DNA of 53,267 nucleotides from a virus (taxonomy: Duplodnaviria; Caudoviricetes). The position numbers were made by a program, and so were the translations under genes. This document shows positions 41,609 through 48,567 of this stretch, piece after piece; positions within the stretch are counted from its first letter, which is position 1; the number at the start of each line of letters is the position of its first letter. The stretch spans positions 1 through 53,267 of the IMG/VR virus record IMGVR_UViG_3300012665_000878. One strand, written 5' to 3'. The notes below the pieces were generated by a model, which saw only the letters and a list, made by a program, of their open reading frames with translations, had not been told where the DNA came from and ran no database searches.

Positions 41609-42644
41609 CCATTGGGATCCATTGGAAGAAATCGTAGTTGGTATCGCAGATCATGCTAGGGTGCCAACTGTAGATCGCAGTACAATGAGCATGAGCTATA
41701 CCAATCATCCTATGGAGTTGATTAAACCTTTAGAAGGTGCGTATCCTCAATGGTTAATCGATGAAGCCAACGAAGATATGAACGAACTAGCAGATATGTT
41801 AAAGAAACTAGGTGTAAAAGTTCATAGACCTAAGCCTGTAAATCACAGCGTTGAATTTAGTACCCCTGAATGGAAAACCTCGGGATGGTACACTTGGTGT
41901 CCTAGAGATCTTTTACTGCCATTAGACAATTTAATGATAGAAACACCCAGTGCTTGCCGTGCTAGATATTTTGAAACTAGAGCCTATAGAGACATAATGA
42001 TGTCTGCTATCAATGATGGCACAGAATGGATCGCTGCTCCTAAGCCTATATTGCCAGATGAGAGTTATCAGTTTGAAGACATTGACGGTAAACCTAGTCT
42101 AACTAATTTAGAACCAGTGTTTGATGCGCCTAACTGTGTTAGAATGGGCAAGGACATATTGTTTCAAATCAGCAATACTGGTAATCATTGGGGACTACAG
42201 TGGCTTAAAAATGTATTAGAGCCTAGAGGTTATAGAATACATCCAGCAGAACACATTTACAGTTACGGTCATTTTGACAGTACAATCATTCCTTTACGTG
42301 CTGGACTAGTTTTGTTAAACAGCAGCAGAGTCACTCCTGAGAATTGTCCTAAGATTTTTGAGAAGTGGGACAAGATTTGGTTTGATGACTGTGTGGTACA
42401 AGGAAGTAAAGTCCCAGGCGGTGTTGCTCCTTGTAGTCCATACATAGGAATGAACATCCTAAGTGTCAATCCTAATACTATTGTCTGCGATAGCACACAA
42501 GAACCTCTGATGAAAGAATTAAACAAGCATGGCATTGACAGCATACCCGTTCGCTTTAGACATGCTATGACATTGAGTGGCGGCATCCATTGCGCTACAT
42601 TAGATCTTAGACGCAAAGGAACATTAGAAGATTATTTTTCATGA
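41589..42644 (+). CDS. amidinotransferase (glycine or inosamine-phosphate amidinotransferase family)
   Basis: WDPLEEIVVG, CPRD, FDAPN, HFDST and GGIHCATLD. Confidence 0.9.
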   Translation: MKISSHNHWDPLEEIVVGIADHARVPTVDRSTMSMSYTNHPMELIKPLEGAYPQWLIDEANEDMNELADMLKKLGVKVHRPKPVNHSVEFSTPEWKTSGWYTWCPRDLLLPLDNLMIETPSACRARYFETRAYRDIMMSAINDGTEWIAAPKPILPDESYQFEDIDGKPSLTNLEPVFDAPNCVRMGKDILFQISNTGNHWGLQWLKNVLEPRGYRIHPAEHIYSYGHFDSTIIPLRAGLVLLNSSRVTPENCPKIFEKWDKIWFDDCVVQGSKVPGGVAPCSPYIGMNILSVNPNTIVCDSTQEPLMKELNKHGIDSIPVRFRHAMTLSGGIHCATLDLRRKGTLEDYFS

Positions 42645-43126
42645 TTAGATATCACGGTAACCTAAAAGATTTTTGGTCAGAGGAATTGATTTCGTATCAA
42701 TTTCCTCACAGATCTCCTACAGGCCAACGTGATTATTTTCATGACAACTACAGTAGACACACTAATGACCTACTACAAGGGTTCGATCAAGAACTTCCTA
42801 GCTGTAGGCAACAGTTTTTTAAAGAATTAAATGTATCTGTAGGAGCAATATCTTGGACCTGTGTTGAACCAGGACAAACGATTCCAGTTCATACAGATGG
42901 ATTTTATAAACTTAGAACGCAGCACAACGTAGATGTTGCCGACTGTGTACGATATCTTATTTTCTTACAAGATTGGACACTAGGTCATTTGGTAGAATTT
43001 CAAGAACAAGTAATAACAAAATGGCAAAAGGGCGATGTGTGGGTTTTTGATCACGAATCAGCACACTGCGCAGCCAACGCAAGTAATCTAAATTTTGTCA
43101 CTTGCCAAGTAAACACAATTAAATAA
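42641..43126 (+). CDS. Fe(II)/2OG oxygenase (AspH-like)
   Basis: PGQTIPVHTD and AHCAANA. Confidence 0.7.
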   Translation: MIRYHGNLKDFWSEELISYQFPHRSPTGQRDYFHDNYSRHTNDLLQGFDQELPSCRQQFFKELNVSVGAISWTCVEPGQTIPVHTDGFYKLRTQHNVDVADCVRYLIFLQDWTLGHLVEFQEQVITKWQKGDVWVFDHESAHCAANASNLNFVTCQVNTIK

Positions 43127-43141
43127 CAAAAAGGAACAACA

Positions 43142-44269
43142 ATGACAACACTAACACCAATACAAGAACACTGGGATAACAAAACCCTAAATTATGACCT
43201 AGAAAAATACAACTGGCCTGCCTGGGCACTGTCTGTAGTACAGGAAGTAGCACCTCAAGTAAAGGAATTAGAAACACTACACGAAGTGTTAACCCCTGCT
43301 GAGATTGTTCGAGTAAGTCAGCATGTTCAAAATGCCTGTTCACGCAGAGACTTTATGGAACTATTTGACGAATTTGCTCAGAGCATTGTTCCACAAAGAA
43401 TAGATAACAAGCGATATATGATCCAAAGACAGGGCACCTTGCGTGTAGTAATCCCGCAACAGGCTAAAGTAGGGCGCAGACTAGCGTTTCATCAAGGAAT
43501 CTTTGTTGGCAACGGCCGCGGATGCCGTACAATTTGGACTCCGTTTACTGAAGCTAAAGGCACAAACACTATGTGGATGATGGATTTAGAAATATCTAGA
43601 GAAATTACCAAACGTGTTCTAGAAGAAAAATGGAGTTTAGATCGTTTCGAAGATGAATGTTTGAAACACGCTTGGCCTGTAACACTGAAACCTGGACAGA
43701 GTCATTTGTTCTTCCAAGAACATATCCACGGCAATGTCAACAACGAAGAAGGGTATACTCGTGTTAGCATGGACATGCGCATTCTTATCGAAGGCGAGGA
43801 GTGGGGACGTAGATTGCCAGGCGGATTTATGCGCTTGCCAGGCGACTATGAAGTAACACAAACTGGCGATTACACTGGTAAGAGCTTTATCACATACGCT
43901 GGTTGGAACTCTAAGTTCTCTAAAGACATTCCTTTACCAATGCAACGTGCTATCATAGAACCATATTGCGCAAAAAACAAAATCAGTTACAATAGTTATG
44001 AGTTTGAAAACGAACATATGGATTGGCAACCCGGGTTAGAACATTATATCAAAGAACGTCCAGACGGAATCGTGTTGTGTAGTATGTACTGTCTGACCGA
44101 TGATGTACAACGTCGAAGCGAACTGTTACAATTAGCATTGGATCTCGGTGTTGAATTACACTTTGCTAACGAATTGTGTTCTTTGAAATCAAAAAACGAT
44201 TTAGAAAAAATTGAAACCTATCTAAACTTTGCTGTTTCTAAAAAAGGCGCATACGTTTGGGAAGAATAA
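43142..44269 (+). CDS. StrG-like oxygenase fused to a carbohydrate-cluster-associated domain
   Basis: TIWTPFT, HGNVNN...TRVSMDMR; C-terminal PMQRAIIEPYC...GIVLCSMYCL...LHFANE recalled as LIC12192/TIGR04323-like (unverified). Confidence 0.55.
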   Translation: MTTLTPIQEHWDNKTLNYDLEKYNWPAWALSVVQEVAPQVKELETLHEVLTPAEIVRVSQHVQNACSRRDFMELFDEFAQSIVPQRIDNKRYMIQRQGTLRVVIPQQAKVGRRLAFHQGIFVGNGRGCRTIWTPFTEAKGTNTMWMMDLEISREITKRVLEEKWSLDRFEDECLKHAWPVTLKPGQSHLFFQEHIHGNVNNEEGYTRVSMDMRILIEGEEWGRRLPGGFMRLPGDYEVTQTGDYTGKSFITYAGWNSKFSKDIPLPMQRAIIEPYCAKNKISYNSYEFENEHMDWQPGLEHYIKERPDGIVLCSMYCLTDDVQRRSELLQLALDLGVELHFANELCSLKSKNDLEKIETYLNFAVSKKGAYVWEE

Positions 44270-44291
44270 TGTGGCAAAAAAGCCACATTAT
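44266..44291. terminator. hairpin at the end of the enzyme cluster
   Basis: ATAATGTGGC-AAAAAA-GCCACATTAT perfect 10-bp inverted repeat; no immediate U-tract. Confidence 0.4.
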
Positions 44292-44306
44292 ATGGGTATA
44301 TTTTTC

Positions 44307-44335
44307 TTGACACATAAATAAAAAGACATTATACT
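44307..44335 (+). promoter_or_regulatory. sigma70-type promoter P1 of the tRNA region
   Basis: TTGACA-17 nt-TATACT; spacer contains CATAAATA. Confidence 0.8.
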
Positions 44336-44400
44336 AGATGTAGTTGTTTAGAAGAGCGGTCGCAAAGACCCTACAATTTGCTCAGAATAGCAGATAGGGG

Positions 44401-44429
44401 TTGACAGCCTGACTAAATAAACGTATACT
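44401..44429 (+). promoter_or_regulatory. sigma70-type promoter P2 of the tRNA region
   Basis: TTGACA-17 nt-TATACT; spacer contains CTAAATA. Confidence 0.8.
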
Positions 44430-44479
44430 AAGGACATGCGTTAGAGATAGCGCACAATTTTAAGGAAACATTGAAGCAA

Positions 44480-44620
44480 ATGAAAACGACATCATTTTAC
44501 AGACAACATTGTGAAGCCAAACAAGGCGGCGTTATGCCCTCTTATTGGTCAGCGATTAGTCTCTTTAATAATGATCGTACACCAGAGCTACAACCGGGGT
44601 CCGTGGAGATGTTAGTGTAA
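44480..44620 (+). CDS. putative attenuator leader peptide containing all 20 amino acids (not in ORF track)
   Basis: MKTTSFYRQHCEAKQGGVMPSYWSAISLFNNDRTPELQPGSVEMLV; TAAGGA SD at 44461; in-frame TTG alternative start at 44471. Confidence 0.7.
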   Translation: MKTTSFYRQHCEAKQGGVMPSYWSAISLFNNDRTPELQPGSVEMLV

Positions 44621-44652
44621 ACATAAAATACACTTAAACTTCAAAGGACCCC
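44596..44652 (+). promoter_or_regulatory. antiterminator hairpin
   Basis: Nested pairings GGGGUCC/GGACCCC, UGGAG/CUUCA and AGUGUA/UACACU; mutually exclusive with the terminator. Confidence 0.7.
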
Positions 44653-44681
44653 AGGATTAAAAACCCTGGGGTTTTTGTTTT
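44646..44681 (+). terminator. intrinsic terminator (attenuator)
   Basis: ACCCCAGG-loop-CCTGGGGT followed by a T-rich tract. Confidence 0.85.
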
Positions 44682-44693
44682 ATAAAGGTACAA

Positions 44694-44858
44694 ATGGAAA
44701 AGATAGATTACAAAAAATTAAACGAACGAATTGTTGAACAGGCTTATGAAAATGTTCTAACTAAAGAGCAGTTTCAAAAACTTATTCAAGATAAGTTTGA
44801 ACGTGCTAAAGTATACCAAGAGTCGATGCGTAAAAGTCCGACTTACAGTGTAAATTAG
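44694..44858 (+). CDS. 54-aa hypothetical protein (not in ORF track)
   Basis: AAAGGT SD; MEKIDYKKLNERIVEQAYENVLTKEQFQKLIQDKFERAKVYQESMRKSPTYSVN. Confidence 0.6.
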   Translation: MEKIDYKKLNERIVEQAYENVLTKEQFQKLIQDKFERAKVYQESMRKSPTYSVN

Positions 44859-44861
44859 TAC

Positions 44862-45031
44862 AAAGTGTTATAGGAAACGAGGTCCTAGTCCGCACTTAAA
44901 ACATGGACAAACGGGCGGCCTACCGGATGAAACTGTGGCGAAAACGCAGGAGTATAAATGGTAGCGTATTAAAGTGTTCTATCCTGACCCTTGGAACGGG
45001 CATGGCAGCGTAGCATAGAGCATTTTAATAC
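44862..45031 (+). ncRNA. structured RNA(s), family unknown
   Basis: AAGUG/CACUU, UAGGA/UCCUA, GUCC/GGAC, CUACC/GGUAG and a 17-bp stem spanning 44966-45031. Confidence 0.5.
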
Positions 45032-45061
45032 ACACTCTCCTAGAGAGTGTTACAAATTAAC

Positions 45062-45150
45062 GGAAGTGTGCGCTGAATTGGTTGAAGGCAACGGACTGTA
45101 AATCCGCCACATAAGAAACATTGTAGGTTCGAATCCTACCGCTTCCACCA
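45062..45150 (+). tRNA. tRNA-Tyr(GTA)
   Basis: Cloverleaf, loop CT-GTA-AA, long variable arm, CCA. Confidence 0.9.
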
Positions 45151-45177
45151 AGATAAATAGCTAAAAGGATACCAATC

Positions 45178-45531
45178 ATGATAGCTACCCAAATACAACA
45201 AATTTTTTATGGATGTGAATTTAAAGAGCAAACCGATATCAATTTTCGAGATGATATTGCTTTAGAATTTCAAACATTTGTAAAAGAGTGTGTAGATCAA
45301 GGGCTCATTGAAAATAAATCATCATCTAGTTGGGATCCTACAACTCAAATAGAAACCTCTTATCTATTTTCAAACGATATTACTAAAGCTAGAGAATTTC
45401 AAAAAAAACTTTTAGATTCAAATCTTTATCAAAGAGCGTATGACGCAATGCGCGAACAAGGGTATCACTTATCAGTAGGAATGGTAAATTTTATCGAAAC
45501 TGATGATACACAGTATACCACAATAAAATAA
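45178..45531 (+). CDS. hypothetical protein
   Basis: AAGGA SD; 117-aa ORF between tRNAs. Confidence 0.65.
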   Translation: MIATQIQQIFYGCEFKEQTDINFRDDIALEFQTFVKECVDQGLIENKSSSSWDPTTQIETSYLFSNDITKAREFQKKLLDSNLYQRAYDAMREQGYHLSVGMVNFIETDDTQYTTIK

Positions 45532-45532
45532 T

Positions 45533-45606
45533 TACTCAGTAGTGTAACGGCAGCATACCGGTCTCCAAAACCGTTGGTGGGGGTTCAAATCCCTCCTGGG
45601 TAGCCA
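45533..45606 (+). tRNA. tRNA-Trp(CCA)
   Basis: Loop CT-CCA-AA, T arm, CCA. Confidence 0.9.
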
Positions 45607-45612
45607 CAATGA

Positions 45613-45686
45613 TCCCGGATAGTGTAGTGGTAACACAACAGACTTTGACTCTGCTATTGTAAGTTCGATTCTTACTCCGGGTGCCA
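45613..45686 (+). tRNA. tRNA-Gln(TTG)
   Basis: Loop CT-TTG-AC, T arm, CCA. Confidence 0.9.
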
Positions 45687-45691
45687 GTTAT

Positions 45692-45768
45692 CGGTCCTTA
45701 ACTCAATGGATTAGAGTGCTAGTCTTCGAAACTAGAGGTTGGGAGTTCGAGTCTCTCAGGGCCGGCCA
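45692..45768 (+). tRNA. tRNA-Arg(TCG)
   Basis: Loop CT-TCG-AA, T arm, CCA. Confidence 0.9.
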
Positions 45769-45774
45769 ATCAAT

Positions 45775-45848
45775 GTTGTTCCTAGTGTAGTGGCCGCACA
45801 ACTGTCTGTGAAACAGTTAGAGAGGGTTCGATTCCCCGGTTCAACCCA
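45775..45848 (+). tRNA. tRNA-His(GTG)
   Basis: G-1:C73, loop CT-GTG-AA; two U-U mismatches in the acceptor stem. Confidence 0.8.
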
Positions 45849-45864
45849 ACGAAGTAGAAATATT

Positions 45865-46272
45865 ATGGAAAAAATAAAAACACTAAACACATTAAAGGGT
45901 TCTGTTCGAGAGTTCGATGAACTACTAGGGCGAACATTATACAAGGCAGAAGCAAATGGAGAAACACTAACTCTGTATCTGTCAAAGACAAACTATGTAG
46001 TATTCCGCCATCACCAAAGCTGTTGCGAAAGTGTTTACATAGAAGACATCTGTGGAGATCTTGAAGACCTAGTAGGAGCACCGTTAGTAGAAGCTGAGGA
46101 AGTATCTAACTATGAAGCAGGACCACTAAGTGAATACGAAGAATCTTACACATGGACATTCTATCGTTTTCGTACACGAAAAGGCAGTGTAACAGTTCGA
46201 TGGTATGGTTCCAGCAATGGATACTATTCCGAGGATGTTAGTGTAGAAGTAGTTGACACTACTGTAGATTAA
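45865..46272 (+). CDS. hypothetical phage protein
   Basis: HHQSCCESVYIEDI...WYGSSNGYYSE; start moved to the ATG downstream of tRNA-His. Confidence 0.75.
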   Translation: MEKIKTLNTLKGSVREFDELLGRTLYKAEANGETLTLYLSKTNYVVFRHHQSCCESVYIEDICGDLEDLVGAPLVEAEEVSNYEAGPLSEYEESYTWTFYRFRTRKGSVTVRWYGSSNGYYSEDVSVEVVDTTVD

Positions 46273-46348
46273 GCTACTTTAGCTGATGTGGTCATAGCGG
46301 CGGTCTGAAGAACCGTTGAACTAGGTTCGATTCCTAGAGGTAGCACCA
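46273..46348 (+). tRNA. tRNA-Phe(GAA)
   Basis: Loop CT-GAA-GA, T arm, CCA. Confidence 0.9.
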
Positions 46349-46355
46349 AAGCATT

Positions 46356-46433
46356 GCCCCTGTGGACAAATTGGTAAAGTCGGCTCTCTCAAAAGGAGCA
46401 GTTTTCTCCGTTCGAATCGGAGCAGGGGTACCA
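46356..46433 (+). tRNA. tRNA-Leu(CAA), short variable region
   Basis: Loop CT-CAA-AA, T arm, ACCA. Confidence 0.85.
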
Positions 46434-46440
46434 AAAAAGG

Positions 46441-46469
46441 TTGACAAGAGTTTTTGTTTAACATATAAT
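46441..46469 (+). promoter_or_regulatory. sigma70 promoter, perfect consensus
   Basis: TTGACA-17 nt-TATAAT. Confidence 0.85.
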
Positions 46470-46483
46470 TGATAACCATTAAC

Positions 46484-46560
46484 GCACAGATACCAGAGAG
46501 GCTAATGGCGCAGTCTGCAAAACTGTTGATTCGTGGGTTCGAGTCCCACTCTGTGCTCCA
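46484..46560 (+). tRNA. tRNA-Cys(GCA)
   Basis: Loop CT-GCA-AA, U73, CCA. Confidence 0.9.
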
Positions 46561-46587
46561 CGTTCTTTAATAAGTTAATTTTTTTAC

Positions 46588-46663
46588 GCACGGTTCGTCT
46601 ATCGGTTGAGGACGCTGCCCTTTCAAGGCGGAAAGACGGGTTCGATTCCCGTACCGTGTACCA
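46588..46663 (+). tRNA. tRNA-Glu(TTC)
   Basis: Loop CT-TTC-AA, T arm, CCA. Confidence 0.9.
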
Positions 46664-46714
46664 ATTTTTATAAAGGAGATCTGTCATGACAAGTGACAAG
46701 AGTGATAAGATGTC

Positions 46715-46789
46715 GGGGGTATAACTTAACGGCTAAAGTAGTAGGCTTTTAACCTATTAATCAGAGTTCGATTCTCTGTGCCCCTACCA
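46715..46789 (+). tRNA. tRNA-Lys(TTT)
   Basis: Loop CT-TTT-AA, T arm, CCA. Confidence 0.9.
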
Positions 46790-46876
46790 TATGAAAACAT
46801 ACTCAAAAAATTAAACATAGTTTAAGTAACGGTTAGCTCACCGGACATCGAAGAGCACGAGTGTGTTTCTATATGG
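46787..46876 (+). ncRNA. stem-closed structured element
   Basis: CCATATGAAAACATACTC pairs with GAGTGTGTTTCTATATGG; internal hairpins. Confidence 0.5.
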
Positions 46877-46880
46877 TAAT

Positions 46881-46956
46881 AGCAGTATAGCATAGCGGCT
46901 AATGCGGCACCTTCATACGGTGTTTATCGTTGGTTCGAGTCCAACTACTGCTACCA
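46881..46956 (+). tRNA. tRNA-Met(CAT), elongator type
   Basis: Loop TT-CAT-AC, paired 1:72, CCA. Confidence 0.85.
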
Positions 46957-46967
46957 AAAAAAGTTTT

Positions 46968-47043
46968 GCCTCGTTCATATAACGGTCTATTATGCCCGCC
47001 TGTCTAGCGGAACACAGGGGTTCGACTCCCCTACGAGGCGCCA
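46968..47043 (+). tRNA. tRNA-Asp(GTC)
   Basis: Loop CT-GTC-TA, G73, CCA. Confidence 0.9.
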
Positions 47044-47047
47044 ATTT

Positions 47048-47123
47048 GGGGGATTAGCTCAGCTGGGAGAGCGGTAGCTTTGCAAGCTATAGGTCAACGG
47101 TTCGATCCCGTTATCCTCCACCA
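47048..47123 (+). tRNA. tRNA-Ala(TGC)
   Basis: G3-U70, loop TT-TGC-AA, CCA. Confidence 0.95.
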
Positions 47124-47128
47124 AGTAT

Positions 47129-47202
47129 GCGGGATTAGTTTAATGGTCAAACGAAACCTTGCCAAGGTTTAGTCAGGAGTTCGATTCTCCTATCCCGCTC
47201 CA
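47129..47202 (+). tRNA. tRNA-Gly(GCC)
   Basis: Loop TT-GCC-AA, U73, CCA. Confidence 0.9.
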
Positions 47203-47209
47203 AGTTTAT

Positions 47210-47284
47210 TCCAGAGTAGCACAGCGGTAGTGCAGTTGACTGTTAATCAATTGGTCGTAGGTTCGATCCCTGCCTCTGGAGCCA
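47210..47284 (+). tRNA. tRNA-Asn(GTT)
   Basis: Loop CT-GTT-AA, CCA. Confidence 0.95.
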
Positions 47285-47287
47285 AGT

Positions 47288-47503
47288 TTTGTTAAAGTGT
47301 CAGCAAGAGAATGTCACGCTATCTAGGTAAGTTCGAACTACCGAAATAGTAAAAGGGGACGGGTTCAACTCCCGGGGGATCGGAAGATCCTCGCAGATTG
47401 GTTGCTAACTGGATGAGTATCCCAAGTGACTTACCGAGTCCTGCCCGGGCTAGTTAATCCAGGTGAATGGTGCCGATAACGATGGCGGCACTACTTTAAC
47501 AAA
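47288..47503 (+). ncRNA. structured RNA with a permuted tRNA-like module
   Basis: Closing stem TTTGTTAAAGT/ACTTTAACAAA; T arm, capped 7-bp stem and D-arm-like hairpin at 47360-47405. Confidence 0.55.
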
Positions 47504-47511
47504 TTCAATAT

Positions 47512-47585
47512 GCCCGGATAGTTAAATGGTATAACGGTCGCTTGATAAGCGATTATTACAAGTTCAATTCTTGTTCTGGGCACCA
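47512..47585 (+). tRNA. tRNA-Ile(GAT)
   Basis: Loop TT-GAT-AA, CCA. Confidence 0.9.
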
Positions 47586-47594
47586 AAATAGTTG

Positions 47595-47623
47595 TTGACA
47601 CAGTGGTGTATAGATCATATACT
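47595..47623 (+). promoter_or_regulatory. sigma70-type promoter
   Basis: TTGACA-17 nt-TATACT. Confidence 0.8.
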
Positions 47624-47658
47624 ATGTATTGTTCATTAAAAATTTAAAGCAGTATTTT

Positions 47659-47742
47659 GCCCCGGTGGTGGAATGGTAGACACGCTGGTCTTAGAAGCCA
47701 GTGTCGCAAGGCGTGGGAGTTCGAGTCTCCCCTGGGGCACCA
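47659..47742 (+). tRNA. tRNA-Leu(TAG)
   Basis: Loop CT-TAG-AA, long variable arm, CCA. Confidence 0.95.
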
Positions 47743-47905
47743 TTAAAAAATAGCATTAGCGGGAATCGTCTAAGGACGCTTAGACTCATGAGGAATAGGG
47801 CCATCTTACTCCTCTGACAAAACCGTGAGCAATGGCTTAGGAGGGGAAGCACCCGAGTCCGAAATCCGCTTGGTCCCATAGGGTCTAATGTTATTTTTTA
47901 ATGGT
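47739..47905 (+). ncRNA. stem-closed structured RNA, family unknown
   Basis: 21-bp stem ACCATTAAAAAATAGCATTAG/CTAATGTTATTTTTTAATGGT; inner GCGG/CCGC, GACTC/GAGTC and GAGGA/TCCTC. Confidence 0.55.
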
Positions 47906-47909
47906 AATT

Positions 47910-47985
47910 GGGTCGTTAGCTCAGTTGGTAGAGCGTCGCCTTTACACGGCGAATGTCGGCAGTTCGAGACTGTCACGACCTACCA
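47910..47985 (+). tRNA. tRNA-Val(TAC)
   Basis: Loop TT-TAC-AC, CCA. Confidence 0.95.
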
Positions 47986-47990
47986 TGTAT

Positions 47991-48080
47991 GGAAGTGTGG
48001 CAGAGTCCGGTTTATTGCACCTGTCTTGAAAACAGACGAGTCGAAAGGCTCCGTGAGTTCGAATCTCACCGCTTCCGCCA
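47991..48080 (+). tRNA. tRNA-Ser(TGA)
   Basis: Loop CT-TGA-AA, long variable arm, GCCA. Confidence 0.95.
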
Positions 48081-48089
48081 AACAATATT

Positions 48090-48179
48090 GGAGAGGTCCT
48101 ATAATGGTATTAGAGCGGATTGCTAATCCGTCGCTCGACGAAAGTCGGGTTCTGGGTTCGAGTCCCAGTCTCTCCGCCA
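48090..48179 (+). tRNA. tRNA-Ser(GCT)
   Basis: Loop TT-GCT-AA, long variable arm, GCCA. Confidence 0.9.
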
Positions 48180-48202
48180 GAATGTTTGATATATAATTTT
48201 AC

Positions 48203-48277
48203 GCCCTTATAGCTCAGTGGTAGAGCAACCGCCTTGTAAGCGGTAGGTCCCGTGTTCAAATCATGGTGGGGGCACCA
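48203..48277 (+). tRNA. tRNA-Thr(TGT)
   Basis: Loop CT-TGT-AA, CCA. Confidence 0.95.
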
Positions 48278-48303
48278 AGTTTTGTTGTGTAGCAATACAC
48301 AAC

Positions 48304-48556
48304 CGGTGAGGTAGAAGGTAGATGAGGATAGACGCTGTTATCGCTTCATGCGATGACAAACTTAATTCTGGCAATCAGTCTTGAAAACTGATCGTGCCCG
48401 AGTGTACCGATCCCAAATATCTTTAATTAGACTGTCAATTGCTGATCGGAAATATTCAGGCCTCTGTAGCCTGTACATTGCAAATTGTCAAAGGGTGGAC
48501 CTATGAAGCCCTGTTTGTCATTTGTCCGGTCTATTACTTGACCTTTTACCAAACCG
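48304..48556 (+). ncRNA. about 250-nt structured RNA with an anticodon-like stem-loop
   Basis: Nested stems GGTAGAAGGT/ACCTTTTACC, ATAGAC/GTCTAT and ATGACAAAC/GTTTGTCAT; ATCAGT-CTTGAAA-ACTGAT. Confidence 0.6.
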
Positions 48557-48567
48557 TCATTTTTCTG

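Noticed and set aside
44870-44965. Hammerhead ribozyme suggested by GATGA and GAAA
   Set aside because: The CUGAUGA core is absent (CGGAUGA) and the stem order does not fit.
45739-45864. N-terminal extension of ORF 45739..46272
   Set aside because: It overlaps tRNA-Arg and tRNA-His; the ATG at 45865 is the more plausible start.
47759-47870. Possible intron-containing tRNA-Met (D-arm-like GTCTAAGGAC followed by CTCATGA)
   Set aside because: No matching 3' anticodon strand, canonical T loop or CCA; kept only as an unknown structured RNA.
47888-48295. ORF-track entries overlapping tRNA genes (47888..48196 and 48110..48295; also 46502..46699, 47691..47879, 49423..49724 and 50250..50459)
   Set aside because: They are read-throughs of tRNA or ncRNA sequence on either strand with no coding signals.
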